Shown: piece after piece, positions 61,293 through 64,000 of the stretch
Numbering within the stretch: position 1 is the stretch's first letter
Layout of the letters: each line of letters begins with the position of its first letter
Assembly (NCBI GenBank): GCA_964432565.1
Contig: CAYSOA010000005.1
Location: 24,022-88,021, forward strand
Source: an uncultured Bacteriovorax sp.
GTDB taxonomy: Bacteria > Bdellovibrionota > UBA1018
Direction: 5' to 3'
DNA: 64,000 bases
Position numbers and translations under genes: made by a program
The notes under the pieces: model-generated
What the model was told of the DNA's origin: nothing
The model's input: the letters and a program-made list of their open reading frames with translations, nothing else
Databases searched by the model: none

Positions 61293-61644
61293 CGTAGGTC
61301 AGCCGGCGCGGTCTTTCAATTTCCTCGCGCATGGTCGGGGTAACTGGATTTACTCGGGCCATCTGGCCCTCGCCCTTCGGGCACGCTTCGCGTGTTGTAT
61401 TGAACCAGCGACCTCTTCGTCCCGAAAACGAATTTCCAGAATAACCTAAGCACCGAGAACAATTCGCGAAAAGCTGATTTTGACCCCTCTTATCCGCGGA
61501 ATCTGAGGCAGTTTCAGGAGGAAGTCATGAGCCAGATCGTACAAAGTGGGTGCCAATTATAACGTGGGTCTGCCCATGTTTTATTGCGAATCATAAATCA
61601 TGATTTGTAATAACTGGGTCGCCAACCACCTCATGAGTTGAGCC

Positions 61645-62415
61645 TTAGAGGAGTCCATCAAGCCAGCGATTCACGTCAGCAAAGAGCGCTGCTAGATTTG
61701 ATGGAAGGTCTTTGTACCGCGCAGAGTGTGAACGCCAAGACCGTTCCATACTCTCCTCGATCCATGCAGGATCTAGAGCGGCTTCGACTTTTCGGGAACG
61801 CAGAAGGCTCCTTAAAGTGGCGGTCCTCACTTGAACTGAGCTTTTCGAGAGTCGCCAAAGATCGTCATAGTCCTTCATTCGCGTGTTGCCAGCGCCAAAT
61901 CTGCGGCACGCAGCAAGCTTGTCGGTGATGATGTTTTCGATCGTGGCCGCCTGAATGGTCTTTTCCGCCCCCAATGGTGAAGCAATGGATTGCGCGTCAG
62001 TTTCGATAGCGTAGACGATGTCGGCCTCAAATTGGTTCGCTGCGCCTTCGCCGGTGGAGTACGAAAAAGTAACGGATGCGCCGACCTTTTCGTCTTGTTC
62101 CACCTCGCGAAAAGCGATCATGTTGAATTGAATCTCGTTGTCCACCTTGCACGCCCGCTCCAGAAGGGATCGGACCTTGGCGTGCGAGGTGGCATGGAGT
62201 GTTGCGAGATCGAGGTCAGTAGTTGACCGTGGGGTGTTAATGTAGACCCACAGGAGGTTTCCCCCCTTGAATACGAATTCGTCGCTGGTCCGGTTCAGAT
62301 TCTCGGTGAATCTCAGAATCACATAGCGAAGGAAGGTCTGTGCTCCAAAGAGGCCTCTTTTCGTCGCCCAGGATCGTGCTTCAGCCAGGATGGATCGCTT
62401 CTTAGTCATCGGCAA
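61645..62415 (-). CDS. AbiEii/AbiGii-family nucleotidyltransferase toxin (type IV TA / abortive infection)
   Basis: 256 aa DUF1814-like protein (FKGGNLLWVYINTPRSTTDLDLA). Overlaps the upstream AbiEi-like gene by 14 nt. Lies in a lower-GC region. Confidence 0.7.
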   Translation of the reverse strand: MPMTKKRSILAEARSWATKRGLFGAQTFLRYVILRFTENLNRTSDEFVFKGGNLLWVYINTPRSTTDLDLATLHATSHAKVRSLLERACKVDNEIQFNMIAFREVEQDEKVGASVTFSYSTGEGAANQFEADIVYAIETDAQSIASPLGAEKTIQAATIENIITDKLAACRRFGAGNTRMKDYDDLWRLSKSSVQVRTATLRSLLRSRKVEAALDPAWIEESMERSWRSHSARYKDLPSNLAALFADVNRWLDGLL

Positions 62416-62980
62416 GTTCCTGTCTCAAGTGTGCGAGCACATCCGTCTTAACGGCGCGGTCGTACTCGAGGATTCGATCGGCGTTGGGTTTTCCCGATTT
62501 GATATAGCGTTTGAGGGCCCTAAAAAAAATCGGGCCTGACGGATCAATTCGAAACGCCTCACAGAGCGAGCGCTCACGGTCGTAGATTTGAATGACACCA
62601 CCATGGTGCTTGAGTTTGGTGATCCCCACGAGCCTGCCCTTGGGAACACGGTGCACCTTGAGAAGGCGATTTCGGAGGCTTGTTTCGCGAGGGACATCGA
62701 CATCCACCTTGTCGACATACTCCTGGGCTAGTCCATGAATCTGAAGTGCAGTGAGTCCGGAGATCACGGCCCTCGGGTAGTACTTTGCTGTGGCCAGTGC
62801 GGCTGCGACGAATGGATCGAGCGATGGCGTGGCGTAGATGCCGCTGCCTACTGAGAGCACCAACCCCGCATCTGTCATCCGGCGAAGCTTGACGGCGCTC
62901 GCACCCAAGCGCTTGAGCTCGGAGAGTTTGAGTACTCGGTGCTTCTTGAGCTCCATTAAGATTGGGTCGGTGCGGGGCAT
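62402..62980 (-). CDS. AbiEi-family antitoxin / transcriptional regulator
   Basis: 192 aa with an N-terminal winged-HTH-like region (LKLSELKRLGASAVKLRRMTDAGLVLSVGSGIY) plus a C-terminal domain. Lies immediately upstream of and overlapping the AbiEii gene. Confidence 0.65.
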   Translation of the reverse strand: MPRTDPILMELKKHRVLKLSELKRLGASAVKLRRMTDAGLVLSVGSGIYATPSLDPFVAAALATAKYYPRAVISGLTALQIHGLAQEYVDKVDVDVPRETSLRNRLLKVHRVPKGRLVGITKLKHHGGVIQIYDRERSLCEAFRIDPSGPIFFRALKRYIKSGKPNADRILEYDRAVKTDVLAHLRQELADD

Positions 62981-63026
62981 GTAACTAGTTTACCGCACAG
63001 ACGATATTTAGTGGTAAATTAGTTAC
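62981..63026. promoter_or_regulatory. Imperfect inverted repeat (candidate AbiEi autoregulatory operator) directly upstream of the abiEi start
   Basis: GTAACTAGTTTACC (62981-62994) and GGTAAATTAGTTAC (63013-63026) are reverse complements with one mismatch, separated by 18 nt. Confidence 0.4.
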
Positions 63027-63112
63027 ATCATCTTTGGGGCAGGTGTGCGCCATGAGGCCCCATTACCGGGGTGCCTCGCGGTCCGCTTTGCGCCAAAGAG
63101 AAGCGAGCCCGC

Positions 63113-63406
63113 TCACTTTCCAGTAAGGGTGTCGCGTACAAGCAGAACGAGCTCATCTTCGAAGCGCTTTCTTTCCGCGGCCGAGAGCTTCAATCGACCG
63201 GACTCTTCCAACTGGTCGAGACGCGTCAAAAGAAGTTCCTCGGCGGCTTCGGGCGTCATGAGCCCCCTTTTCTGGTTGTCGAGGATCTTGGCCATCATTT
63301 TGTCCTGAAACGAGGACTTCATCAGGTCCGCAGCCCAGGCACCAACCGAAGAAAGGCTGGCCAGAACACCGAAGATCATTGCCTTGAAACCGAGAGAAGC
63401 CTTCAT
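63113..63406 (-). CDS. Small secreted protein, hypothetical
   Basis: Signal peptide MKASLGFKAMIFGVLASLSSVGAWA from an internal ATG of ORF 63113..63448. Confidence 0.35.
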   Translation of the reverse strand: MKASLGFKAMIFGVLASLSSVGAWAADLMKSSFQDKMMAKILDNQKRGLMTPEAAEELLLTRLDQLEESGRLKLSAAERKRFEDELVLLVRDTLTGK

Positions 63407-63484
63407 GTCATGATACCTCTTGACGACTCCGGCACCCAACCATACCATTGTTATTCAGTCAAGAATTGTGGGCGCACGAATACT

Positions 63485-64000
63485 TTGAAAAAAACCGCAA
63501 GGCTTTCAGTTGCTTATGTTGCTCCTCTCCTGTTGGCGCTGGGCTTGGGCGCGGTGTTGGGGGTTGTCCGATTGAAAAAGCAGAACTCGACCTGGCAGCG
63601 CTCTGGGGCTTGTCTCCGAATGGCGATCACCAAGATCTACGAAAGCTACGACCCAACGCAGCTGGTGACGACGGACCATGTCTTTGCAATTCAGAACCTG
63701 ACGGGCAAGTTGATCGAAATCGGTGAAGATAACTCCCTATACTCAGCGATCGCCCAAAGCTGGCAGGTGAGCCCTGACCGTCGCACCTACAAGTTCACAC
63801 TGTCTCCGGGAGCTAAGTTTTCCGACGGAACCCCGATCGAGGTGGAGGACGTACTCCTCAGCCTGAAGAGACAGATGCTGTTCTCGGGTACTCATATGGA
63901 CATGAGGGAGAAGGTGCTCGGTGCCAAGACCCTCAAGCGAGTCACTGACGATGTGCCCGGGCTTCGCCGCCTCTCGAGTTCTGAGTTTGAGATCGAGATC
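63485..64000 (+). CDS. Partial CDS (3' end outside window): ABC-transporter substrate-binding protein, family 5 (oligopeptide/dipeptide-type)
   Basis: ESYDPTQLVTTDHVFAIQNLTGKLIE...YKFTLSPGAKFSDGTPIEVEDVLLSLKR is characteristic of the SBP_bac_5 N-terminal region. Frame is open to the window end. Start is uncertain (TTG 63485, giving a hydrophobic N-terminus, or ATG 63620). Confidence 0.55.
   Translation, partial: MKKTARLSVAYVAPLLLALGLGAVLGVVRLKKQNSTWQRSGACLRMAITKIYESYDPTQLVTTDHVFAIQNLTGKLIEIGEDNSLYSAIAQSWQVSPDRRTYKFTLSPGAKFSDGTPIEVEDVLLSLKRQMLFSGTHMDMREKVLGAKTLKRVTDDVPGLRRLSSSEFEIEI

Overview
This is a high-GC (about 60-65%) bacterial chromosomal segment dominated by housekeeping genes. Gene content (a split F0 atpZ-atpI-atpB-atpE cluster, surA/pdxA, mfd, uvrA, serS) loosely suggests a deltaproteobacterial or Myxococcota/Bdellovibrionota-like organism, but this cannot be confirmed without database searches.

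**Features, in order:**
- A partial TPR-like CDS, then atpZ-atpI-atpB-atpE (F0 a and c subunits only) ending in a strong bidirectional terminator.
- A minus-strand block: GT-C-like membrane protein, uvrA, phosphomannomutase, pdxA, SurA-like and PpiC-type PPIases, mfd.
- A tightly translationally coupled 10-gene paralogous nuo-like set (A,B,D,H,I,J,K,L,M,N homologs; no C,E,F,G) at 14.1-23.5 kb.
- 36 bp downstream, a canonical 14-gene nuoA-N operon (23.6-37.0 kb).
- A 1014-aa TPR protein, serS and tRNA-Ser(TGA).
- A roughly 5.4 kb secreted/lipoprotein block (outer-membrane-like protein, phosphodiesterase-like lipoprotein, TauE/SafE, YceI), then tRNA-Ser(GCT).
- A Cho/UvrC-N-terminal-like GIY-YIG gene, an MCP-CheW pair, and a CxxCH-protein / small membrane protein / SpoT-like HD hydrolase operon.
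- tatA, ppa, a YkgJ-family protein, a truncated hemoglobin, and a Cys-rich / DUF4286 / WYL-regulator coupled trio.
- An ankyrin protein, a YegD-like Hsp70, rlmF, trmO, a lower-GC AbiEi/AbiEii abortive-infection (type IV TA) module with an inverted-repeat operator, and a partial family-5 solute-binding protein.

**Most interesting signal:** the upstream nuo-like set looks like a deliberately de-protonated complex-I-like paralog.
- By-eye alignment to the adjacent canonical subunits shows the NuoB-like and NuoI-like proteins keep all Fe-S cysteine motifs.
- Every conserved membrane-arm carboxylate I could check is replaced by a neutral residue: NuoK-like E to Q twice, NuoN-like E to Q, NuoM-like E to G and E to Q, NuoL-like E to T.
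- The NuoD-like subunit appears to lack the quinone-site His and Tyr equivalents.
- All ORFs are intact and overlap by ATGA-type junctions, so this is not pseudogene decay.
- It may be a non-pumping or otherwise repurposed complex-I-like module, possibly co-transcribed with canonical nuo.

No CRISPR arrays, rRNA genes or integrases were seen. All residue-level claims are by-eye alignments and need computational confirmation.
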